Below, in pieces: positions 8,799 through 17,675 of a DNA stretch of 64,000 bases; position 1 is the first letter of the stretch; every line of letters starts with the position of its first letter. The stretch covers positions 928,001-992,000 of the forward strand of contig OZ242195.1 of assembly GCA_965205975.1 (NCBI GenBank). Reading direction: 5' to 3'. A program made the translations under genes and the position numbers. Under the pieces are notes generated by a model. It was not told the origin of the DNA. It saw only the letters and a program-made list of their open reading frames with translations, and ran no database searches. This DNA comes from Candidatus Latescibacterota bacterium (GTDB taxonomy: Bacteria > Latescibacterota > UBA2968).

Positions 8799-9728
8799 CT
8801 CACAAGCCCGTGATGCCCAAGTTTTTAAACTTGGGAGGTAAGGGCTGAGAATTTGTTTTGCGTTAGCAAATTGATCCTTACCAAAGCGTGTTATGCTGAG
8901 TATATTTGTCAATATGAAACTCACCCTTCAAATACAACTGTTACCGGACGTTGCCACAGGCCAGAAGCTAAAAGCGACTGTTGCACGGTTCAATGAGGCT
9001 GCCAACTACCTTGCATCGAAGGCTTATGAGCGCACGTTGGCGAATAAGTTTGCCCTACAAAAGCTGTACTATTCAGACTTGCGTCGCCAATTTGGTTTGT
9101 CCGCACAAATGGCTATCCGTTGCATTGCCCAGGTTGTAGAAGCATTTAAGCGCGATAAAACGGTGCAACCGTCGTTTCGCCCTACTGCTGCTATGCCCTA
9201 TGATCAACGGTTGTATAGCTTTAAGGGCATAGATCGTGTTTCGTTGCTCACCCTTGAAGGGCGCGTGCTTGTGCCCATGCTTATGGGCAACTACCAGCGT
9301 GAGCAGTTCGGCTATGCCAAAGGACAGGCAGACCTTGTGCTTCGCAAAGACGGCAAGTGGTTCTTGCTTGTCTCTGTCGATGTGCCTGATGGCACGCCAA
9401 TACCGACCACTGACTTTATCGGCGTTGATCTCGGTACAACAAACCTTGCAGTGACAGACGATGGTGAAACATATAGGGGCGACACGGTTGAAAATGTCCG
9501 ACAGAAGATGCACGATGTGAGAAAGGCAATAGACACACCCAGGCATCCTTCAGATGCAAAGTGTGTGGTCACAAAGACCATGCTGACCGCAACGCCGCTC
9601 GGAACATCCGAGCAAGGGCTTTGTGTCAACAAGCCTAAAGTCTCGCCATACCCCCAATGGTGGTGTCAACCACCGGGGGAATCATGTGGCAGGGACAAGC
9701 CCACAGGCTTTAGCCGGGGGTGGTTGAC
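8799..9728 (+). mobile_element. IS200/IS605-family tnpB-only (IS1341-like) element, internally deleted
   Basis: Left-end hairpin cccaagttt/aaacttggg (8816-8835), tnpB remnants, right end ...caagcccacaggctttagccgggggtggttgac. No tnpA. Left boundary is 8799 or 8804, both after TCAC. Confidence 0.85.
8914..9638 (+). pseudogene. tnpB: TnpB RNA-guided endonuclease with internal deletion and frameshift
   Basis: N-terminus through RuvC-I (FIGVDLGTTNLAV). In another frame GNRHTQASFRCKVCGHKDHADRNAARNI (half Zn ribbon plus RuvC-III) ends at TAA 9636-9638. RuvC-II is missing. Confidence 0.9.
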
Positions 9729-9748
9729 GCCTTCATGTGTTAAGAGAA
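9560..9748 (+). ncRNA. Putative TnpB omega/reRNA scaffold plus flank-derived guide (5' limit uncertain)
   Basis: Hairpins 9651-9679 and 9700-9720 in the right end. By established TnpB biology the guide is the flank starting at 9729 (gccttcatgtgttaag...). Confidence 0.55.
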
Positions 9749-10232
9749 ATTTTTTCTTTTCCATCCCCCCAGCATATCCCGTTAGATGACCAGATGCACC
9801 GATTACACGGTGACACGGTACCACTATCGCCACGGGGTTTTTGCCATTGGCCGCGCCCACGGCTTGCGATGCGCCTGTATTGTCCAATGCACAGGCGATG
9901 TCGCCATAGGTTCGCGTCTCTCCAAAGGGTATCTCCAGCAATAATTTCCACACGCGCTTTTGAAAATCCGTTCCGCGCAAGTCCAGTGGCAAATCGAAAA
10001 CTTTCAGCGTCCCTTCAAAATACATCGCGAGTTGTTCGGTCGTAGCATTTATGATCGGATGATTCACAGCTCGGGGCAAATTTGTCTTCGCTTGTTCCGT
10101 GCGATCACCTTCAAATGCAATTGCATGTACGCCATTATCTGAGGCCAACACGGTCAACGGTCCCAATGGACTTGCCATATCTTCCCATAAGGTCTCTCGC
10201 GGTAATTGTTTGAATATCTGTAGATTGAACAC
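9666..10232 (-). CDS. ogt: Methylated-DNA-protein-cysteine methyltransferase, C-terminus replaced by IS sequence
   Basis: GTDFQKRVW, IVVPCHRVIG, GYAGG. GTG start after GGAGG. Confidence 0.95.
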   Translation of the reverse strand: MFNLQIFKQLPRETLWEDMASPLGPLTVLASDNGVHAIAFEGDRTEQAKTNLPRAVNHPIINATTEQLAMYFEGTLKVFDLPLDLRGTDFQKRVWKLLLEIPFGETRTYGDIACALDNTGASQAVGAANGKNPVAIVVPCHRVIGASGHLTGYAGGMEKKKFLLTHEGVNHPRLKPVGLSLPHDSPGG

Positions 10233-10331
10233 AGCGACCTCCGTGGATAAGTCTTGCCTTATATTATACAAAAAAACGGGACGTATGCTCAAAAGAACAT
10301 ACATCCCGTTAGGGGAGAAAGATGGACAGGT

Positions 10332-10466
10332 TTACTCAATCGGCTTAAAACAGTATCCCACATCTCTCACTGTGCGGATCATTTCCTGTGCTGTGCCCAG
10401 TTTTATGCACAGGCGACGAATATGTGCATCTACCATCCGTCCATTGTCCAGATGGTTGTATTCCAT
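10332..10466 (-). pseudogene. Isolated OmpR/PhoB winged-helix C-terminal fragment (44 aa)
   Basis: Manual translation MEYNHLDNGRMVDAHIRRLCIKLGTAQEMIRTVRDVGYCFKPIE resembles RTVDVHIRRLRxKL...IxTVRGVGY. Confidence 0.75.
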
Positions 10467-10558
10467 CTCCAATCTCGTTCTTGAATCCCCTTGTATTCCG
10501 TGTTATATTGAACGGTCTTTGGAGTATCTACTATTTCAACTAAGATAGGTACAAGGCC

Positions 10559-11386
10559 ATGACTAAATATAGAGAACCAGCAGATGTATTACTTACACTT
10601 GGCGATCCACGAGAACTTTCGGATCAATGGCTCGATTATTCGGAATACGGGATTGGTGCAGGACATATTCCCGATCTGATCCAACTGGCGACCGATTCAG
10701 AATTGCATTGGGCAGATTCAGAAAGTCTGGAAGTTTGGTCATCCTTACATGCTTGGAGAGCTTTGGGACAGTTGCGTGCAGAGGAGGCGATTGAACCCCT
10801 CCTAAATTTGTTTCACGAACTCGAAGAAGATGATTGGGTCGGAGAGGAATTGCCCAGAGTATATGGCATGATCGGGGCGGCTGCTATTCCCGCTCTTACA
10901 GCGTATCTTGCGGATACCTCTCGCAATATATCTCCCCGGATTAGTGTAGCATATGCGCTGGCTGAAATTGGGATGTCACATGCCGAAGCGCGAGAGGCAT
11001 GTATTACCGCTTTAACACGGCAACTGGAGGCGTTTTGGAAAAATGACCGCGAGTTGAATGGATTTCTGATCAGTTATCTGGTTGACCTGCAAGCGGTAGA
11101 AACAGCACCGCTTATGCAAAGAGCTTATGCGGCTGGTCGTGTAGATGAGATAGTTATGGGAGATTGGGAAGATGTACAGGTTGCGTTGGGATTGAAACCT
11201 TATGTCGAAAGAGATGCCGACTTCTTCAGGGACGATATCGAAGACATGGACCCAGAAGATAGACCCTTTGCTTTCAAGCCTCAGAGTGCTGCAAAACGCA
11301 AGAAAGCAAAAACAAAACGAAACATGGCGCGAAAATCTCGAAAGCAGAATCGAAAAAAGAAGAAAAGAAAAAAGAGGAAGAGATAG
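10559..11386 (+). CDS. DUF1186/HEAT-like helical repeat protein with lysine/arginine-rich tail
   Basis: HAWRALGQLRAEEAIEPLL, VDEIVMGDWEDV, tail ARKSRKQNRKKKKRKKRKR. Confidence 0.7.
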   Translation: MTKYREPADVLLTLGDPRELSDQWLDYSEYGIGAGHIPDLIQLATDSELHWADSESLEVWSSLHAWRALGQLRAEEAIEPLLNLFHELEEDDWVGEELPRVYGMIGAAAIPALTAYLADTSRNISPRISVAYALAEIGMSHAEAREACITALTRQLEAFWKNDRELNGFLISYLVDLQAVETAPLMQRAYAAGRVDEIVMGDWEDVQVALGLKPYVERDADFFRDDIEDMDPEDRPFAFKPQSAAKRKKAKTKRNMARKSRKQNRKKKKRKKRKR

Positions 11387-11406
11387 CGGTGTGAAGTGTA
11401 AAGAAA

Positions 11407-11427
11407 TATCCGCAGATAACGCAGAAG
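11407..11427 (+). repeat. Left arm of decamer inverted repeat
   Basis: TATCCGCAGATAACGCAGAAG, with 11407-11419 the perfect reverse complement of 12602-12614. Confidence 0.75.
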
Positions 11428-11479
11428 TGAAAAAATATAAGCTATAATCTGTTCAAAGTATTGAGAAAGGTTCTTGAAT

Positions 11480-12445
11480 ATGCCACTGGAAAACCTGCTG
11501 ACATTGATAGAAAAGCTTCGAGAGCGCATTGACAGTCATGGTGCTGCGCTCAGACAAAGCGAAGCGTTGACCCGCTACGCGCTGATTGATCCCCTTCTAC
11601 GTGAATTGGGGTGGGATACTGAAGATCCTGATGTGGTTGTGCCTGAGTATAGTTCAGGCGGTGGTCGAGTGGATTACGCGCTGTGTAAAAATGGTAAATC
11701 CGTAATCATGCTGGAAGCCAAAAAATTGGATACGCCCTTGAATGATGCAATCGGTCAAGGCATTCAATACTGTCTCGTGGAGGGAACCGAATACTTTGTG
11801 GTGACTGATGGCAGGTGTTGGGAAATTTACGAAACACACAAACCCGTTCCCATAGATGATAAGCGAATAGTCCAATTTGATTTGAAAGATCCATTGATTG
11901 TAGATGTGTGTCTGAAAGCATTAGCCTTGTGGAGACCCAGCGTAATTTCAGGCCAGATTACTGTTGGGGAACCCCCCGTTATCGGACCGCCTGATAATAG
12001 GACTAACACAACAGAGCCTCAGCCCGCTGAAGAAACTACTGTTCAGCCAACGTCGTCTGTTTCAGATGAAGATGGATGGGAGCCGCTTTCAGAGTTTAAC
12101 CCAGAGCCAAAGACGCAGCCCCCAACTGAAATAATGTTTCCCGATGGCTCACACGCTTCGCCCAAACGCTGGTATGAAATATTGACAGAAATCGCACGTT
12201 GGCTTGTGGAGAACGGTAATTTATCTGAGAGCCAATGTCCTATTTTGCGGGGGCCTCGTTCAAAGAAATCACTGGTGGATATCGAATCTGTTCATTCAGA
12301 TGGAACCTCTTTCTTCAATTTCAAATCAGTAGGTTCATTATATATTGATACACATGGCAATGCCATGACTCTAATCAATAGGAGCAAATACCTCATCCAG
12401 CATGTTGACCAAGACCCAGCCCAATTCAAAGTCCGTCTTCCTTGA
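11480..12445 (+). CDS. Solo restriction-endonuclease-like protein (HsdR N-terminal PD-(D/E)xK domain)
   Basis: LIDPLLRELGWD, VVPEY, RVDYAL, LEAKK, VVTDGRCWEIY. No helicase domain. Confidence 0.8.
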   Translation: MPLENLLTLIEKLRERIDSHGAALRQSEALTRYALIDPLLRELGWDTEDPDVVVPEYSSGGGRVDYALCKNGKSVIMLEAKKLDTPLNDAIGQGIQYCLVEGTEYFVVTDGRCWEIYETHKPVPIDDKRIVQFDLKDPLIVDVCLKALALWRPSVISGQITVGEPPVIGPPDNRTNTTEPQPAEETTVQPTSSVSDEDGWEPLSEFNPEPKTQPPTEIMFPDGSHASPKRWYEILTEIARWLVENGNLSESQCPILRGPRSKKSLVDIESVHSDGTSFFNFKSVGSLYIDTHGNAMTLINRSKYLIQHVDQDPAQFKVRLP

Positions 12446-12485
12446 CCACGGCGGCGACCATTGGGGTTAGATGCTGATAAACAAC

Positions 12486-12511
12486 GGGCGACCACAAGGG
12501 ATCGCCCCTAC
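12486..12511 (-). repeat. GTAG-type REP palindrome
   Basis: Minus strand GTAG-GGGCGA-TCCCTTGTGG-TCGCCC. Confidence 0.8.
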
Positions 12512-12570
12512 ATAACCATAAGGATTTTATCACTGGATAGAGGCACTCCAGTGCAGTCTCTGATCATCCT

Positions 12571-12614
12571 TTCACCTGCGTTTATCTGCGTTTATCTGCG
12601 TTTATCTGCGGATA
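12571..12614 (+). repeat. Right arm decamer tandem repeat (TTTATCTGCG)x3-4 ending ATCTGCGGAT
   Basis: Directly visible. Confidence 0.9.
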
Positions 12615-12637
12615 CTTTTTGCTTTTAACAACTGTCC

Positions 12638-14593
12638 ATGGCCCTTTCATCCGAAATACAAGCTGAAGCATCTCCCGCGCCGGATACGATAACGTTTCGG
12701 TCTATTTTGTTGGGGCTGGTGACCATTGCGGTTGCGACGTGGTACATGAGCTATTTTGCGGGGAATCTGGTCAAGAGTTATTTGCCTGTGGCTGCTTTGA
12801 TTCCCTTTGTGATGTGGGTGGGGATCAATGTGGGGTTGATTCATTTTGCGCCGCGATTTGCATTGTCCCGCATTGAGTTGCTCACGATTTTTTCGATGAT
12901 GTGGATTGTCGGCAGTTTGCCAGCGGTGGGGTGGGGGTTTTACGCGGTCAGTCTGATTCCGTCGCCAGAGTTTTTCGCCTCGCCGGAAAATCGCTTGCGA
13001 GACGCAGTCATTCCCTTTTTGCCCAGGTGGTTCTTTTTAGACGCCAATATACCCGATGTGCGGGCGGTGTACACCGGGCGTCATCGCAGCGATCCCGTGC
13101 CGTGGTTGCTGTGGGTGCGGCCTTTTTTCTGGTGGTTTGTCGGCTGTATCAGCGCGGTGATGGCGGGATTTTTCGGCAGTGTGCTTTTTTTCAAGCAGTG
13201 GCAGGAGAAAGAGCGTCTGGTCTTTCCCATGTCCGAATTTCCCGTGGCTTTGATCGAGGGCGCAGATGAAGGTCGCGTGCCTGCTGTGTTGCGAGACAAA
13301 ATTTTCTGGATCGGGTTCTGGTGTGTGGCCGGTGTGATTTGCTGGAATATAGTGGGTTATTTTCAACTGAATTTGCCACGAATTACGGTTTTTGACCATT
13401 ATCGCACCAAAGCGGTAGATTTGGGACCGCATTTCCCGGCTTATTATTTGCGTGTGCAACCGCTGATTATGGGCCTGGCATATCTTTGTCCGGTGGATAT
13501 GTTGTTCAGTGTGTGGTTTTACAATGTGATCAATATTTTTAAGGTGGGGCTGCTGAATCGAACGGGCTTTACAGTGGGATTAGAAGGACAACCCGCCAAG
13601 GCCGGTGAGATTGCGATGCTCGAGATGCACGGTGCGCTGGCGTGTTTGGTGTTGTGGTCGGTGTGGGTTGCGCGGAAGCACTTAAAGGAGACAGTTCAAA
13701 AAGCGTTGAACCGTTCTCGCGCTGTTGACGATGGCGTGCCAGTTACATATCGTACGGCCTGGGTTGGCCTGTGTTTGGCAACAGTTGGTATCGGCGGCTG
13801 GATGATGTCCTCGGGGGTGGGGTTCTGGGCGGTGGTGGGACAGCTCATTCTGATGTTTATGTGTTATTTTGGCATTGCGAAATACGCGGCCGCAACCGGA
13901 TTTACCTTTCTCAATCCCGCTGGCGGTAAGGGCGTGGCGCTGATTCACTCTTTGATTGGCACGTCGAGACTTTCGCCCACGTCGCAGTCGATGCTGATTT
14001 TGTTCAATCGCAATGTGTTTTTAGGGGCGTCAATCCGAACGACCTGTCTGGCTGCTATTCCGCATATTTTTCGCATGTTTGGCAATTCGTTGCGCCGGCA
14101 TCCGTGGATATGGGGGATGGTTCCGCTGGCATATTTGATCGGGTATATGAGTGCGGGTGGTTTTTATTTGTTTCGGTGTTATGATGAAGGCGGGTTGAAT
14201 GGGCTACTGGTGTCGTGGCCTATGGATGCGCTCATTTCACGGGTGCCCTATATTGAGGGCAGCAAAATATCGGTTTTTGATACGCAGAAGCTCGGTGTGT
14301 GGTTGTTTGGGTTTGCCGAAGCGGGTGTTTTGACTTATTTGCGTTCGCAGTTTGCATGGTGGCCTTTTCATCCGGTCGCTATTGCGTTTCCGCCCGGGCG
14401 ATATGCGTTTTGTTTGTTGCTCGTGTGGCTGGTGAAGGTGGTTGTGTTGCGATTCGGGGGCGTGCAGCTTTACAGGCGGTCGCTGCCGTTCTGGTATGGC
14501 GCGATTGTCGGGTATTTGTTTGGCATTGCGCTGTCGAGTGTTGTGGATGCGATCTGGTTTCCAGATGGCGGACATTTTGTTCACGGTTGGTAA
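12638..14593 (+). CDS. DUF6785/DUF6784 polytopic membrane protein (putative transporter)
   Basis: KQWQEKERLVFP, FWIGF, WWPFHPV, LRFGG...YRRSLPF. Confidence 0.8.
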   Translation: MALSSEIQAEASPAPDTITFRSILLGLVTIAVATWYMSYFAGNLVKSYLPVAALIPFVMWVGINVGLIHFAPRFALSRIELLTIFSMMWIVGSLPAVGWGFYAVSLIPSPEFFASPENRLRDAVIPFLPRWFFLDANIPDVRAVYTGRHRSDPVPWLLWVRPFFWWFVGCISAVMAGFFGSVLFFKQWQEKERLVFPMSEFPVALIEGADEGRVPAVLRDKIFWIGFWCVAGVICWNIVGYFQLNLPRITVFDHYRTKAVDLGPHFPAYYLRVQPLIMGLAYLCPVDMLFSVWFYNVINIFKVGLLNRTGFTVGLEGQPAKAGEIAMLEMHGALACLVLWSVWVARKHLKETVQKALNRSRAVDDGVPVTYRTAWVGLCLATVGIGGWMMSSGVGFWAVVGQLILMFMCYFGIAKYAAATGFTFLNPAGGKGVALIHSLIGTSRLSPTSQSMLILFNRNVFLGASIRTTCLAAIPHIFRMFGNSLRRHPWIWGMVPLAYLIGYMSAGGFYLFRCYDEGGLNGLLVSWPMDALISRVPYIEGSKISVFDTQKLGVWLFGFAEAGVLTYLRSQFAWWPFHPVAIAFPPGRYAFCLLLVWLVKVVVLRFGGVQLYRRSLPFWYGAIVGYLFGIALSSVVDAIWFPDGGHFVHGW

Positions 14594-14606
14594 GGGGGAG
14601 TGCGAT

Positions 14607-16829
14607 ATGTCTGATGCAGAAATAAAAGAGTTATATGGGGGTGCGATAGTGAGTCCATCGGAAGATGTGGTGGCCGGATCTTATGGCACCTGGACGCTGA
14701 CTTATACGGCAGGGGAAAAAGGGATTGCGAGAGGAGGGACAATTCGGATTTATACGGATGCGGATTCAGACCGCGCTACTCCTCAGATGGATGATCCCAC
14801 TGGGGCGGATTATTTGACGGTTGACGCGCCGAGAGAAGCGCGTGTGGGTACTCTGGTGCAGAGTATGATGTCGCTTTTGCTGACTGTGAATGGACGCGCT
14901 TTGGCAGCGGGTGAGGAGGTCTCGGTGACTTATGGCGATACGACAGGTGGCGGACCGGGTTTTCGGTCGCAGACTTTTGCCGAGGCGCAGCACTTTTTCT
15001 GGGTAGCTGTCGATGCGGGAGATGGTGAGGCCGCGTTATTGCCCGATCCGTCGTCTTTGCGCATTGTAGGGGGCGAGGCTGTGAAGCTGGTGATCAATGC
15101 GCCGTCTATTGTCGAGTCTGGCAAACCGTTTCGCATTCAGGTCAAGGCCGAAGATGCCTGGGGCAATCCTGCGGTCTCTTATCGAGGGGATGTGACCCTC
15201 AATGGCCATGATGTGCAGGTGTCTCAAACCGTGAGTTTTGGCGATGCAGACGGTGGCGTGCGATGGATGGATGAGTGTGTGGTAGAGCGCGGAGGCGTTC
15301 ATCGTATTGATGCCGACGATGGCACACTGGTAGCGCAGAGCAATCCGATCGCGTGTCGCAATGCAGCACCGCAATTCGCGTTGTATTGGGGGGACTCACA
15401 CGGCGGTCAGGTGGCTATGGCGGAGAAGATTCCCGATTTTTTCAGGTATGCGCGAGATGTTGCAGCGATCCACTTTGCGGGGTATCAGCGCAACGATCAC
15501 GTTTTGAGCAAACGCGATTGGGTGTTGCAGCAAGAGACGGAACACGCGTATAATCAGCCGGGGCAATTTGTCGCTTTACCGGGCTTTGAGTGGTCGGCAC
15601 AAACCACGCGAGGCGGGCATCACAACGTGTATTTTCGGCGGCACGATCAGCCGATCCGCCGGTCTGGACATGAGGGATTGGATGACAAGTCGGACGAAGA
15701 TACGGACTTGAGGCATATTACAGAGGTCTATGAAGCGTATCGCGGGACGGATACGGTGATTACGGCTCATGTGGGCGGTGAGCATTCCGATTTGCAATAC
15801 CACGATCCCTATCTGGAACCCGCTGTGGAAGTGACATCGGATCACGGGACATTTGAGTGGATTTTGAAGGAGACCTTTGAGCGCGATTATCGCATGGGAT
15901 TTTTTGGCGGGAGCGATAGCCACAACGGGCGACCGGGCGGCGATACGCCGGGTTTTCAACACCGCCGTTATGCCAAGGCGGGATTGGCTGCGGTGTACGC
16001 ACCAGAGTTGACGATTGAGAGTGTCTTGGATGCGTACAAAGCGAGGCGGATTTACGCGACGACAGGTGCGCGGATTTTGCTGCATACTTCGTGCGAAGAC
16101 CATTTGATGGGGGAGGAGTTCACAACGGGAAATACACCGCATATCTCGGCTTTTGTAGCGGGTACTGCGCCGTATGAATCTGTGGAATTGTACCGTGGGT
16201 TGGAACGGATTTATAGCCATCCGATTGAAGGAGAAAAAGACCGCACTCGCGTGCGTATTTTGTGGGAGGGCGCGAGTCGCAAGAGCAGTTATTCCGGGGT
16301 GATCTGGGAGGGGACACTGAGGGTGTCGGGGCGCGCGATTAATGGCGTTGAAAAAATTCGGTTTGACAGTCCGAGGTCCCGCGTTTATGATGTGACTGAT
16401 GAGGGGTTGCGCTGGTATTCTGTGGCGTGTGGGTATCGCAGTGGTATTATTCTCGACTTGCCGGGCGATGGCGATGTGGATATTGAATGCGTGGTGAATA
16501 CTTCGGTTATTACCGGTCCCTTATTCGGCGATCAGGGTATCAAACCGCCGAGGCGCATGTCTTATGCACCGGCTGAAAAGGTCGGATTTCACGTCGGGTC
16601 AAGTGATCTGGAAAATGGTCCGGTGACAATGGAACTGGGACCATTGAATCGGCGCGTGACCATTGATTTTGCGCCCGAGGCACAGGCCGTGGGTGAGGTG
16701 TCGTTCGATTTTACCGATGAAGACGCAAAGCCGGGCATTAATCCGTATTATGTTCGCGTGGTGCAAACCGATATGGAGATGGCCTGGAGCAGTCCAATTT
16801 TTGTAGATTATGCCGTGGAGGAGGATTAA
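14607..16829 (+). CDS. DUF3604 family protein (PHP-like metallohydrolase domain)
   Basis: YWGDSHG, GFEWS, GGHHNVYF, GGSDSHNGRPG, RRIYATTG, AWSSPIFV. Confidence 0.8.
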   Translation: MSDAEIKELYGGAIVSPSEDVVAGSYGTWTLTYTAGEKGIARGGTIRIYTDADSDRATPQMDDPTGADYLTVDAPREARVGTLVQSMMSLLLTVNGRALAAGEEVSVTYGDTTGGGPGFRSQTFAEAQHFFWVAVDAGDGEAALLPDPSSLRIVGGEAVKLVINAPSIVESGKPFRIQVKAEDAWGNPAVSYRGDVTLNGHDVQVSQTVSFGDADGGVRWMDECVVERGGVHRIDADDGTLVAQSNPIACRNAAPQFALYWGDSHGGQVAMAEKIPDFFRYARDVAAIHFAGYQRNDHVLSKRDWVLQQETEHAYNQPGQFVALPGFEWSAQTTRGGHHNVYFRRHDQPIRRSGHEGLDDKSDEDTDLRHITEVYEAYRGTDTVITAHVGGEHSDLQYHDPYLEPAVEVTSDHGTFEWILKETFERDYRMGFFGGSDSHNGRPGGDTPGFQHRRYAKAGLAAVYAPELTIESVLDAYKARRIYATTGARILLHTSCEDHLMGEEFTTGNTPHISAFVAGTAPYESVELYRGLERIYSHPIEGEKDRTRVRILWEGASRKSSYSGVIWEGTLRVSGRAINGVEKIRFDSPRSRVYDVTDEGLRWYSVACGYRSGIILDLPGDGDVDIECVVNTSVITGPLFGDQGIKPPRRMSYAPAEKVGFHVGSSDLENGPVTMELGPLNRRVTIDFAPEAQAVGEVSFDFTDEDAKPGINPYYVRVVQTDMEMAWSSPIFVDYAVEED

Positions 16830-16830
16830 A

Positions 16831-17625
16831 ATGGATGTGACGCGCATTTCGGCGTGTAGTTTTCCGCTTCGGGAAAGAGATCTGGATTATACGTTTAAGG
16901 TGATTTCCGAAGCGGGTTTTGACAAAATTGATCTGGTGGGGCGTATGCCGCATTTTTCGGTGACAGATCCAGATTACGATATGGATGAACTGCGTCGGGT
17001 ATGCGATAAGTACGGCGTGGGATTGGCAAATATCGGGTCGTACTGCGGGCGGGATTTTGTCTCTGATTCAGAAGATGACAGACAGGCGGCAATGGATGAG
17101 ATGAAAAAGACACTGGATGTGGGGAAGGCGTTTGGTTCAAAGTCCATTCGCATTATGCCGGGTGATGGCAAGCGCGCTTCGATTGATACGATAGTGCCCT
17201 ATTTTCAGAAATCTGCGGAATACGCCGAGAAATTGGGTATTTACATGGGGATTGAAAATCACGGTACTGAAATTTCTGGCAATCCAGAGGCTTGTCAGGA
17301 GATTTGTGAGAAGGTCGATTCAGAGTATTTTGGGATTTTGTACGAGCCGTGCAATTTGATGGCTGCTGGTGCAGATTATAAGTCCGCTTTTGATGTGTTT
17401 AAGGATTATATCGTGCATGTGCATATCAAGGATGGTGATTACAACTCGGAAGGGAAGTGGGAGCGTTGCATGCTCGGTGACGGTATTATCGATTATCATT
17501 GGGTGTGGGATCAGGTGGAAGCACTGGGCTACGACCGGGATTACGCACTGGAGTTTGAGGTGGGCGATATCGAACCCGTTGAGACGGGGTACCGGAAGTG
17601 GTATGAGACGTGGGAGAAGGCGTAG
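16831..17625 (+). CDS. Sugar phosphate isomerase/epimerase (TIM barrel)
   Basis: GIENHG, VHVHIKD, LGDGIID, LEFE, strong GGAGG RBS. Confidence 0.88.
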   Translation: MDVTRISACSFPLRERDLDYTFKVISEAGFDKIDLVGRMPHFSVTDPDYDMDELRRVCDKYGVGLANIGSYCGRDFVSDSEDDRQAAMDEMKKTLDVGKAFGSKSIRIMPGDGKRASIDTIVPYFQKSAEYAEKLGIYMGIENHGTEISGNPEACQEICEKVDSEYFGILYEPCNLMAAGADYKSAFDVFKDYIVHVHIKDGDYNSEGKWERCMLGDGIIDYHWVWDQVEALGYDRDYALEFEVGDIEPVETGYRKWYETWEKA

Positions 17626-17675
17626 GGGCTTGGGGGCTGGTGGGCTGATCGCTGGCTGCAGGAAAAATTTTCGCC

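Noticed and set aside
8893..9789. Intact 298-aa transposase/TnpB as in the ORF track
   Set aside because: After about codon 210 the ORF runs out of frame. The real TnpB C-terminus is in another frame and the middle is deleted.
17626..17660. G-rich ggggcttggggg/ctggtggg stretch (similar at 34376-34395 and 61220-61240)
   Set aside because: Too short and degenerate to define as an element. It may be a decayed repeat arm.
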